Made by a program: the position numbers and the translations under genes
The notes under the pieces: generated by a model
What the model saw: only the letters and a program-made list of their open reading frames with translations
Database searches by the model: none
Told to the model about the DNA's origin: nothing
DNA from: Octopus vulgaris
Lineage: Eukaryota
Direction: 5' to 3'
Assembly (NCBI GenBank): GCA_951406725.2
Contig: OX597827.1
Coordinates: 41,044,001 to 41,108,000 of the forward strand
DNA: 64,000 nucleotides
Shown: positions 1-11,100 of the stretch, in pieces
How positions within the stretch are numbered: position 1 is the first letter of the stretch
How the letters are laid out: the number at the start of each line of letters is the position of its first letter

Positions 1-320
1 ATCTTTTTCTTTTGGTTTTATTGAGAAAATTCTATAGTTTGTAAGATATTTGTTGTTTTTTTTCTTCAATTTCTGCAATTTCAACCAATCAATGACGTCT
101 ATTGAGGTAAAAAAAAAACCATTCTGTGCCGTATGAATATGTCCCTCGTTTAAGAAACAGATTGGGTTTATTTACATTTCTGAAGAAAAAAAGATACCCC
201 TAACTAACCCTAACCCTAAAACAGATTGAAATGCAATAGATCGATACTAGGGTCATAATTATGGGTGACAATTTCATATGACACCACTAGAAAAAACTGT
301 CGTTCAAACTGAAAAGATCC
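1..320. mobile_element. GGATC-terminal MITE with internal CCCTAA repeats (Merlin-like), cut by window edge
   Basis: Closely similar to the arms at 59810-60100; ends in TIR-like ...GTCGTTCAAACTGAAAAGATCC; CCCTAA units at 198-217. Confidence 0.75.
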
Positions 321-601
321 GTAAATTTGTTAGTGGTATAAAATAAATTTGGTGGATGAACAAGTCTCCATACTCTCTATATATAAATATGTTGCAAGAG
401 AGATAGAAAAAGAAATGGTTGTTGTGTACATGGGAAGCAAAAATTTTGGCAATAAATGTACGAGATAAATTATGTGCCAAAGTTACTTTATTTGTTTATT
501 CTCGTTACTATTTCAGCATGTACTTTGAAGTCTATGTCTCACCCAGGTTGAATAAAGTCAAAATATGCCCACAGTTGTCATCCGTACTTGCCAGAAAGAC
601 T

Positions 602-816
602 TTAACCCTTTAGCATTCAGATTATTCTGTCAAATGTAATAATTATTTATTCACATTGTTTTGAATTAATCATGCATTATCTTGTAGCTTTGAGTTTTCA
701 ATGATGTGATTGTTTATTTTTAAAATGGCATTGTAGGGTAAGCGCGAGAGGCAGGATCTGGCCAGTTTGAACCTAGAACAAGTAGAATATTTGGGTCTGA
801 TATAGCTGAAGGTTAA
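602..816. mobile_element. piggyBac-type MITE
   Basis: TTAA-CCCTTTAGC...GCTGAAGG-TTAA; related to the copy at 54858-55507. Confidence 0.65.
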
Positions 817-2003
817 AAGTGTTATTAGTTGATGATGTGACAAATATTTTTTGTCACTGTATAATTATTACTGATTAGCTTTTTGATGTTCCTTACATAT
901 TTAAATATGTCAGCACTAACTTACCAAAATATATATAACCTCACACGAAGGAAGTTTGTGCGTTATGATTTGTATTTAAAGTCCATGAAAAGGCACATGC
1001 ATGATTTGGACAGTAAACACCAAAAGTGAATGAAAATTGCGAGATCTGAAATCGCAGGTCTTAATCTAGGGGACATAACTCCATAATTATATATTTAACA
1101 ATTGTTCTTTAATATTGGGTTAAATGGTAGTTATACTACGGACATTATCCTGTTATCTCCCTTAACAACAGCAAATTCTATATATCTTCTGTTGCTAAGC
1201 ATAAAACTACTTCATATATCAGTCTCAAACTTCTTTGAAATCCTTAGAATAGGGATTTTGATATCATATATATAAACAAAAACTATTTTAATTTTTTTAC
1301 AATTCCTAATAATATAATAGGATTTTTTAAACATCAAATGGTTAAGGGTCCATCCAAGTGAAACCGGAATTAAAAGGGTTCCATAGGAGTAAGAAAATGG
1401 TTAAGAACCACAGGTCTACATAATCAGGGATCTCTTGAGGGCCAAACAACTACAACAACAATTTCAAACACAAGACAAATAGAACAAAAACAAAATTTTT
1501 AAAACAAAACAAGATACAATTTTTAGCATCCAATAAGCTTTGTTAAATAACAAGATGGCAGAATATTTTTTTTATTTATTTATGTTTACATTTTCGTAAA
1601 AAAAAACATTTAATTTTTACAATATTTTTAGTATAAATTATTGTTCTTTCTTTAAATTAAATTAAAATAAATTAAATCGAGTTACTTTTATTGAAGTCCT
1701 TGACATTGGTATAAATTTGTATTGGTTGTGGAGTTTCAACATAAATTAAATTACCTTCAAGTAACAATTTATTTATATCACTTTTTATATTTTGCAGTTG
1801 GTGAGTCAACTTCATCATTGGTTTCTTAAAAACAAACACCGATTCACTGTAAATTGGATGGCAATTGTGTAACTTCATATGGAACAAATATTGCAAGGGA
1901 CTGTTTGAAATGAATCAGTTTTCTCACTGATGTTAATATCCTTTGCCTCTGTGTGTTTGTATATATATATGTGTACATGAGTGTGTGTGTATATATATAT
2001 ATA

Positions 2004-2058
2004 TTTTTTTTTTCTTGTTTCAGCTCAGAGCTGCGGCCATGCTGATGCACCACCGATT
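2004..2058 (-). mobile_element. LINE/SINE-type 3' tail with poly(A), fused to the U6 fragment
   Basis: AATCGGTGGTGCATCAGCATGGCCGCAGCTCTGAGCTGAAACAAG(A)10 resembles the tail of the commonest SINE in the window (GGCGGTGCTCCAGCATGGCCGCAGTCAAATGACTGAAACAAG). Confidence 0.8.
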
Positions 2059-2105
2059 AAAAAAAATATGGAGCGCTTCACGAATTTGCGTGTCATCCTT
2101 GCGCA
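2059..2105 (-). pseudogene. U6: U6 snRNA 3' fragment (retroposed, 5'-truncated), part of a U6/LINE-tail chimera
   Basis: Minus strand TGCGCAAGGATGACACGCAAATTCGTGAAGCGCTCCATATTTTTTTT matches about nt 64-106 of canonical metazoan U6 with one mismatch (GCGCTCC vs GCGTTCC). No U6 5' half or upstream promoter; the flank is (TA)n. Confidence 0.93.
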
Positions 2106-3894
2106 TATATATATATATATATATGCTTATGTGTGCATATATATTTGTATATGTGTGTGTGTGTATATATACATATATATATACACATATATATCATATA
2201 TATATGTATATATATATATATATGTATGAAATGATAATGAAGAACATTACATATATACACACACTCCCACGGACAGACAATGGTCTTACAAACAGTTTAT
2301 ACCTATCAAATTCCACTCAAACTGAAGTGATGGTTAAAAAACAAACAAAAAAACCCCAGTTATTAAATGCTAAAAATGCTGTGCAGAGAGGTCAAACATC
2401 AAACAAAGAACATAATTGCTAAGTATAATTCTTAACTGCACAACGATGCTTCTGCTAGCATCACACACGCATCTAAATCATAGCTTCACAAAGTGTACCT
2501 CCCATAGGTCTTGTCTATTATGATATAGTGTATTATAGTATAGATATAGTTTGCTATACTATATAGTTTACTATGGTTACTGTAATCCAGAAGTTTAGGT
2601 CTCTAACTTAGAGGTCGTCCAGGTAACACATGTGATATCATTGCACCGACATGCAGACCTCACATTTGCACTAGTGCCATGGAAAGCATGGGGTAGAATC
2701 TGTTGTGTAGATAACAGATAGTTCCTTTGCATTATATTGCCCAGGTACCATTTTGAGATGCCATTCCACTCCAGATTCTGTTATAATAGATAACCAAACT
2801 TTAGGGTCTTTAGTCACAAATGAATTATTTGGTCTCCATGTGATACCTATTGACAATAATAATCAAGCTAGTTAGACTATTTTTACTTAACTCTTTTGAT
2901 ATCAAAACCAACTTGAGACCGCTTCTGCATAGTCATAAATTGGTTAACTATTAAAACTTTTCCATTGAAGTTTTTTCAAATTTTTTTCATCCTAACAATA
3001 CAAAATTCTTGGTTTTCAAGAATCTGTTTTTAACTAAATATCTCTAAATTCTTTGTTTAGTTATAAATTAATTGAAATACATAACAGTGTATTTCATTAC
3101 AATTATAGTCACATAACAACGATATTGAAATAACACAGGAAGGTTACAGGCTGATATTCTTTAACACTGGACTCTCCACTTACAGCAAGAACTATTCTGA
3201 AAGTGACATGTCCTGCAACATAATCCCATAATCCAGAGAGAAAGGTAGGAGACCTTCATTTACTTTTCCTGAGTTCAGATGACTTTTACCATCCATTTTG
3301 TTCATATTTTTATTCATGATCCTATTTAATATTTTTGCCTTTTTGTGCACATGAGCAGCAGTATAGAGTGAAGTGTGGCATAATGAGTTGAGTATAGCAT
3401 GAAGTATGGAGTATAATGTAGAGTGGAGTTAGTGTGGCAAGAAATTAAATATATGTAGCATGAATTGTAGAGTATAGACATGGCATGTCTAACTTGAACT
3501 TGCATGAAGCATGAATAGTGTGTGTGTGTATATATATAAATATATATAGCATAGAGTGTAATGATGACTTGGTATTGATTCCTGAGAGTAAAGCGAACTG
3601 AAGCTGTATAAAATAAAGTGATTAATCCAGAAACAGAAGAGAAAATCCTTGACATGTCTGAATTCAGAACACATGAACAATTAGTCTCATGGTTCAACCA
3701 CTCAACCATCTTGTCTAAACGATTGTATGAAAATACAATGACGGCAACCTTGCATGTCTAACAAGTGCTTCTTCAATTTGTGCGTTCAAAGTCCTTTTGT
3801 GTATCTAAAAACATACATTGTTCTTGTTGTGAGAAATGCTTGGGGATTAGGTTAGAACAACCAAATTAATGAGCAATCACATAATCCCTAAAAA

Positions 3895-4192
3895 AACATT
3901 TGAGCGAGAGCGTTACCAGTGCTGCTGGACTGGCTCCTGTGCAGATGGCATGTAAAAAACACCATTTGAGCGTGGCTGTTGCCAGTATCGCCTGACTGGC
4001 CCTTGTGCCGGTGGCACATAAAAGCACCCACTACACTCTCAGAATGGTTGGCATTGGGAAGGACATCCAGCTGTAGAAACTCTGCCAGATAAGATTGGAG
4101 CCTGATGCAGCCATCTGGTTCGCCAGTCCTCAGTCAAATCGTCCAACCCATGCTAGCATGGAAAGCAGACGTTAAACGATAATGATGATGAT
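3895..4192 (+). mobile_element. (GAT)n-tailed SINE/LINE-end family C with GTGGCACGTAAAAGCACC subrepeats
   Basis: GGTTGGC.TT.GGAAGG.CATCCAGCTGTAGAAAC..CATGCTAGCATGGAAAGC.GACGTTAAAC(GAT)n; copies also at 5628-6035(-), 7195-7490(-), 10910-11190(+), 14917-15110(-), 18192-18580(-), 26935-27307(+), 38256-38896(+), 39299-39480(-) and 53455-53635(+). Confidence 0.8.
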
Positions 4193-5215
4193 AATTAGAA
4201 CCTAAACTTTTCCAATTGCCATTCTCTTTGCATTCTGTTATAAAATCCAGGGTGGCAGTGTCCTGTGCCTGCCTGTTTACATGTAAATGGGTAAAGATTC
4301 CCTTTGCTTATGAATGACCATGGGATTACACCTAGAAAATTCACAAGTCCAAGCAAGGTTGTTTACGGAAGACCAGCAGTCGCCCATGCATACCAGCCTC
4401 CCCTCTCCACGCCACTGAAGTTATCCAAGGGAAAGGCAAAAGCTGATACAGCTTGGTACCAGTGATATCGCTGCTCATTTTAGCCAGCTGAGTGAACTGG
4501 AGCAACATGAAATAAAGTGTCTTGCTCAAGAGTACAACACAGCCTGGTCTGAGAATCAAACTCACAACCTTATGATTGTAAGCCCAATCCTCTAACCACC
4601 GAGCCATACTTCTTCACATTATTTAAGTGTATATACTTTATAAAAACTCTGTTGCATACATGAGGATTATATTAAATAAAAACTGAGATCACTGTGTGTA
4701 AACATATTCTTTGTTGTGGCAATTGTTTTATGCTACATCACACAGCTTATGAAATATTCCATGGTGTCTATATAAACATACTCAGTAGAGCTATGGATCT
4801 TGTTTTCACTTCGTTCATTTTACAATGCACTACACAGCATAGGAAATAATCCAGTATGTGTACATAAGCATACACTGTCTTATTATGAAATGAATTTGGT
4901 TGTAAAAACCCAATTTAACAAAGGGAGCTAAGGGGTTTAAGTCCTTCAATAAATATATTTCATTCAGTGATGAATGATTTACACAGTAACAGACTATAAA
5001 AACTAAATTTCGGTATCAGATGGTAAGCAGCAAGGATGAAGTTGTCTGTAGTACCAATGGAATTATGGGTCTTGCACCATAACAATAATTTAAGCAAAAA
5101 TAAAATACATAAAAAAAGTTTTTAAAAAATAACAAAAAAAACTTGCAAAGGTAGGAGGGATGAAAATGGCAGAGAAAGCAAAGAAAATTAAGAGGAAGAC
5201 AAGAGAGAACTGTTT

Positions 5216-5517
5216 TTAAAGACGGCACAAGAGTTGAGTTGACTTGTGACCCCAGATGTGGACGTGTTCTAGCAATGAATCCATTAAGGATTCCAGGCGA
5301 TGCTCCACTGGGGACGGTGATGGGAGCAACAAAGTCAGACGAAGACGGATATGAGATCTGACAATATGGGAAGCAATTTGAATGGTATGCGATGAGCAAG
5401 GGAGGAGACCTGTTGAAGAGACCAAGACGAACCATGGGACCGGATCACTGCATTTTGATGTTTCGCTCTTGAACGATTCCTCTACCATTTTCTCTTGTTC
5501 TGCTGACATAGAACAAG
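5216..5517 (-). CDS. ALLC: ALLC-like terminal coding exon 11 (A/CSMSAEQEKMVEE...WFVLVSSTGLLPCSSHTI...SHIRLRL...HVHIWGHKSTQLLCRL*)
   Basis: ttttctcttgcag acceptor, phase 1, 302 nt to TAA at 5216-5218; W..L....L.P...H, SHIRL and HIWG align with the end of repeat 2. Confidence 0.85.
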
Positions 5518-8086
5518 CTGCAAGAGAAAAGCAAATCTAAAACATTATCCCCAATTAAGAAATGTGTGTAATTACATATATATGTATGAGGTGAAGTCAG
5601 AAATTATCAACACTTTTACAATAACATCATCATCATCATCGTTTAACGTCCACTTTCCATGCAGGCATGGGTTGGACGATTTTGACTGAGGGCTGACGAA
5701 CCAGATAGTTGCACCAGGCTCCAATCTTGATTTAGCAGAGTTTTTACAGCTGGATGCTCTTCCTAATGCCAACCACTCCAAGAGTGTAGTGGGTGCTTTT
5801 TACGTGCCACCGGCATGAGGGCCAGTCAGTTAATACTGGCAACGACCTTGCTCGAATCCTTTTACACATGGCACCAGCACAGGTGCCAGTAAGACGACTT
5901 TGGTAACGATCATGCTCGAATGGTGCCCTTTTACGTGCCACTGGCATGGAAGCCAGTTGGCTGCTCTGGCAACGATCACACTCGGATGGTGCTCTTGGCA
6001 TCCTACTAGCACGGGCACAAGTGCCAGTAAGGCGAGTAACATACCTTTATTATTGTCATATTGTCTTCTGTGCAGGCGTGCTTATAGTTGGTACTATAGG
6101 GGGCACGTGATCAGAGTTTGAGCCTGATCACAACATTTTTCTTTCTGGCTTTACAGTGTAAGCATGGCCACTCCACTAGCAATAGAACAAAGAGCAGTGA
6201 TCCAAGAGACAGTAAAGGTGAACTGGTTCACCATTACCATCTCTTGGGCTTGCTGAATCTTCTCATCAGTGGTGGAGGTTGTCCTGCTCCCTCTTCATGC
6301 GTCATGCTTGTCCAGTCACTTATAAACTTCTTGATCCACTCATACACACTTCTATGTGGTAGAGCACTGTCCCCCGTTTTGTGCTAAAAGCCACCAATGA
6401 ATTTTAGCACCTGACACAACTTTCATCCAGTGAAATTGGATCACTGCTCTTTGTTCTCCTTTGGTGCTCATTGCTAGTGGAGTGGCCATGCTTACACTGT
6501 GAAGCCAGAAAGAAAAAGGGTACAATCAGGCTCAAACTTCCATCACATGACCACAATAGTACCAACTATAAGCACACATGCACAGAAGTGAGTGTGACAA
6601 TAATAAATATATGTTATGGCAAAAGTGTGGATAATTTTTGACTTCTCCTTGTACGTTGGTGTATGTCTGTTTGAACGCATGTGCGTGTGTGCATGCATAT
6701 GTGCATAAAGGCACATGTACATGTATAGATGTATATGCAAGCATTTACATGTTATATGCATTATGCCTTCTCTCAAACTCCTATAGACTACCTAACCATG
6801 CCATCTCCCTCTTTTGCTGTCCCCACTGGCAACTGTATCATCTTACTATTCTTGCTGATCACCACCATCCTCTCTCTCTTCTACATTCCTCTATCTTCCT
6901 CAGCCCATTGCTTTTTGCCCATCCGCTCTTCAAATCCTACCCATTTTGGCAGCCTGACCCCCAACTCATTCTCTTTACCATACAATCTTGCAAACCAGCG
7001 AACCATCCAACCACCCACTTCTACTCAGTGTGTACCTTGTGTGGCCCACCAGTGCAATTCATCAGCATTATCTCCTGCAGCTCCTACAGAGCATTTTCTC
7101 TCTTACCCTTTACCTTACTACATGCGAGTAACTACGCAGGTCCTTTTACAAGAATCTGTTCTGCCCACTCCAGCTCCCACCTTATCAATACACACATCAT
7201 CATCATCATCATTTAGCATCCGCTTTCCATGCTAGCATGGGTTGGACGGTTCAACTGGGGTCTGTGAAGCCGGAAGGCTGCATCAGGCCCAGTCTGATCT
7301 GGCAGTGTTTCTACGGCTGGATGCCCTTCCTAACGCCAACCACTCCGTGAGTGTAGTGGGTGCTTTTTACGTGCCACCCGCACAGGTGCCAGACGGCAAC
7401 AGACACAAACGGATGGTAACGGACACGAACGGATGGTGCTTTTACGTGCCACCGGCACAGAGGCCAGGCGGGGTGGCGCCGGCAACAGCCACGATAAATA
7501 TACACATTCAAAACACATACAGATGCACACAAACACACACTACATATGATGCTAACAAACATAGTGAAGAACACCATTGTGCAATGAAGGAAAATCTTTA
7601 CCATCAATCGTGAGGAATGCAAGGAATTTGCCAGGAAACTTCCCTGTTTTCAGTTCAACCTGAAATGGAAATAAAGACTTGGTTAAAACTTAGTATTTCA
7701 AAGAGTTTCATTTTTTATCTTTTACTTGTTTCAGTCATTAGACTGCGTCCATGCTGGGGCACCGCTGTGAAGCATTTTAGTTAAGCAAATTGACTCCAAG
7801 TACTATTTTTTCTCTTTTTTTTAAAGCCTGCTGCTTATTCTATCACTCTCCCTTGCCAATATTCTAACTTACAGAGATGTAAACACACCAACACCAGTTG
7901 TGAAGCAGCAGTGGGGGATGAACACACACATGACAAGCTCTTTCAGTTTCCGTTCACCAAATCCAGTCACAAGGCTTTGGCCGGCCTGAGACTATAGTAG
8001 AAAACACTTGCCCAAGGTGCCACTCAGTGGGACTGAATCCAGAACCATGTGGCTAAGAAGCAAGCTTCTTACCACACAGCCACACC

Positions 8087-8144
<58 letters not shown>

Positions 8145-11100
8145 CATACACACACAACAGGCTTCTTTCAGTTTCTATCTATTACCACACAAACACACTT
8201 AAGCATGATATAGAGAGGGTGTTATAGCCACTAACCAGCTGTAGAGGCTTTGCTTATTTTCAAAAGGATACTAGGATAGGCTACACTGAATACAACCCAA
8301 ACACACACACACACATGTGCACAAGCCTTCCTATATTCTCATGCATACATATACAATCAAACAAAATTAAAAACAGAGTTGCGTTGCTTACTTTTGATAT
8401 ATTACCTGGGCAGGCCAACCTGTATATGGCCCAAACCTCTTGCCAATTTCCTGGAAAAAACAACAGCAATAATAATAATAATCCTTTCTACAATTGGCAC
8501 AAGGCCTGAAATTTTGGGGAGGGGACTAGTCGATTACATTGACCCCAGTGTATCACTGGTACTTTATCAACCCTGAACGAATGAAAGACAAAGTCAACCC
8601 CAGCAGAATTTGAACTCAGAACGTCCTGATGGATGAAATGCCACAGCATTTTACCTGGCATGCTAACAATTCTGCCAGCTCGCTACCTTAACAACAACAA
8701 CAAAAACAATAACGATTTCAAATTTTGGCACAAAGCCAGTGTTCAATTGATACATGTTTATCAACCCTGAAAGGATGAAAGGCAAAGAAGACTTTAGAAC
8801 ATAAAGACACACAAAATGCTGCCAAGCATTTTGCCCAGCGTAAGCATGTTTCTGCTAGCTTATATAATAATAATAATAAATGCCCTGATGCAGCACCGGG
8901 CAGTGGCTCTCATGGCTTCTGATCTTAACTGATTGGAAGTGTTATCATGTACATTGTTTTGTCTTGGTATAAAAATATTCTGCTCAATACCACAGATTTG
9001 CTTGTCAGTTGTTTGACCATAACCAGTTGAGCATGTCCCTTAGTGGCTGACAATCTGTGCATCTCTGATCATGGGCAGAAGTAGCTGGGAAGCATCATAG
9101 CCGTGTGTTGAAAGGAATTCTTGGAGGTTTGGATAATTCACCTTTGGAAACATGGGTGTTTCATTCAACGTCCTTAAACAACCCTTATTCAGGGACATTT
9201 TGAGTGGGATGGGTTGGTAACTCAACCAGAAGAAAATTCTAACTGGGCCCCACCTGCAAGGTCATGCGCTGTTTATCTTGATATGAGATCACCATGTTGC
9301 ACACATATAGTTGTGATGCATGTGTCTGGTGTACCCTTATCAGACAGGTACTCATGATGGGTATACTGGGCTTCATATATTTTAACCCAGTGTCACTTTG
9401 ATGGCATGCACTGCTCTCTCACTCAATAATAATAATAATAATGCACATATATTTAAACAAATGAAACAAACAAAAATTTAATTAGAAAATGAAATTGTGA
9501 AAATGTTTTTCCTCTCTTTCCCCTGAACCATATTAAAATGCTGAAATTGTTCAAGTGAGATTGAATCCCTGATGAACTTGTCAGAGTCAGAATCTCTCAG
9601 GGACAGAATTGAAAAATCTCTTGGAATAGGAAGAGACTTCTACTGAAGAATTTTAGTTGAATAAACCCACCCCAGTACGTTTATTTCTGAAGCCTCGTAC
9701 TTATTCTTTAGTCTCTTTTGCCAGACCGCTAAGTCATGAGGATGTAAACACACTGACACCAGTTGCAAAGCAGTGGTGGAGGACAAACACAAAGACACAC
9801 ACACAAGAAAAAAATGACTGAGGGAAAAGATCAGTTAGGGTTAGGGTACCAGTTGAATGCTGGGGTTGATGTAATTGATTAGCCCCTCCCTCGAAATTAC
9901 TGGCCTTTTGCCAAAAGATCAGTTTCAGAGTTTAGAATTTAAAGAAAAACATGAAAATAATAATTTAGAATTTAGAGAAAAATGTGAAAATAATAATAGA
10001 CCAAAGTAAAAAAAAAAGCATATGTTTAAATTTGAAGTGAATCAGTGAATTCAATGTTGAAAACAAGAGTTTAAGAAGAAACCTCCAGATGTTCACAAAT
10101 GCAATGCAAAAAAAAAACCCATATATCAAAACAAAATTAACACACCTGCCTTGAAGATGTTCTGAGATTCGCAAATTGGTAATTGGTCATTCTAGAAGAT
10201 AGAAGAGTAAAATATAAAAGAGTTATTGTAATCAGATTTCACACTGAAACAAAAAAAAAAAAACCTTCATACAGACACATGTGCACACACACATGCATGC
10301 ATAACTGTGCATGCAACAGACATATTGTACTAGCACCTCTTAAATATTGCCTAAAGATACAAGGAAGTTATGGTTATAATGCCATTGCTTATAAGTCTGA
10401 TGACCAACAGCAACAGACCGTACTTAACTCCTTTCTCTTTGGCATCCACAAGAAGCATACTTAAAATAGAATAAAATGTATATGTAAGGATTGTCAGCTT
10501 ACCTCCCTTGAAAACCTCTGGTAAGTGCTCAATTGACTGTCAGTGGCAGAGGGCAAGTGGATGGTTAGAGCCAGTTGTTTCATTGTAGGACAACTTGCAG
10601 CAATGCACATACTGCCATTCATTAGAGATAGTAAGTCAAGTAGCTGTAAGTTGATGGAGAAGTAGGTTAAGGACAGAGTACAATTAATGATGGAAGATTC
10701 TAGAAAGGGGATGAGAGAGACAAGCAGAATGACAAAACAAAACAGAACGTAGAAGTATAAAATAATAATATATTTTGTAACAGGATCTTTAACACAAATG
10801 CAAAAGTGGTTCTGCGGCACATGTGTGAGACAAAGTGAGTCACAAAGTTCTCCTTCAACAAGATCCAAACATCTGTGAATAAATGTGCATCGCCTTACTA
10901 GCACTTGAAAAAACATTCAAGCGAGGTCGTCGCCAGTGCCGCTGGACTGGTTCCTATGCAGGTGGCACATAAAAAGCACCATTTGAGCGTGGCCGTTGCC
11001 AGTACTGCCTGACTGGCCCTCATGTCGGCTACACTCTCGGAGTGGTTGGCGTTAGGAAGGGAATCCAACTGTAGAAACTCTGTCAGATCAGATTGGAGTC

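Noticed and set aside
5016-5435. 139-aa minus-strand ORF overlapping exon 11
   Set aside because: Alternative frame; the phase from exon 10 and the allantoicase-like motifs select the frame ending at 5216.
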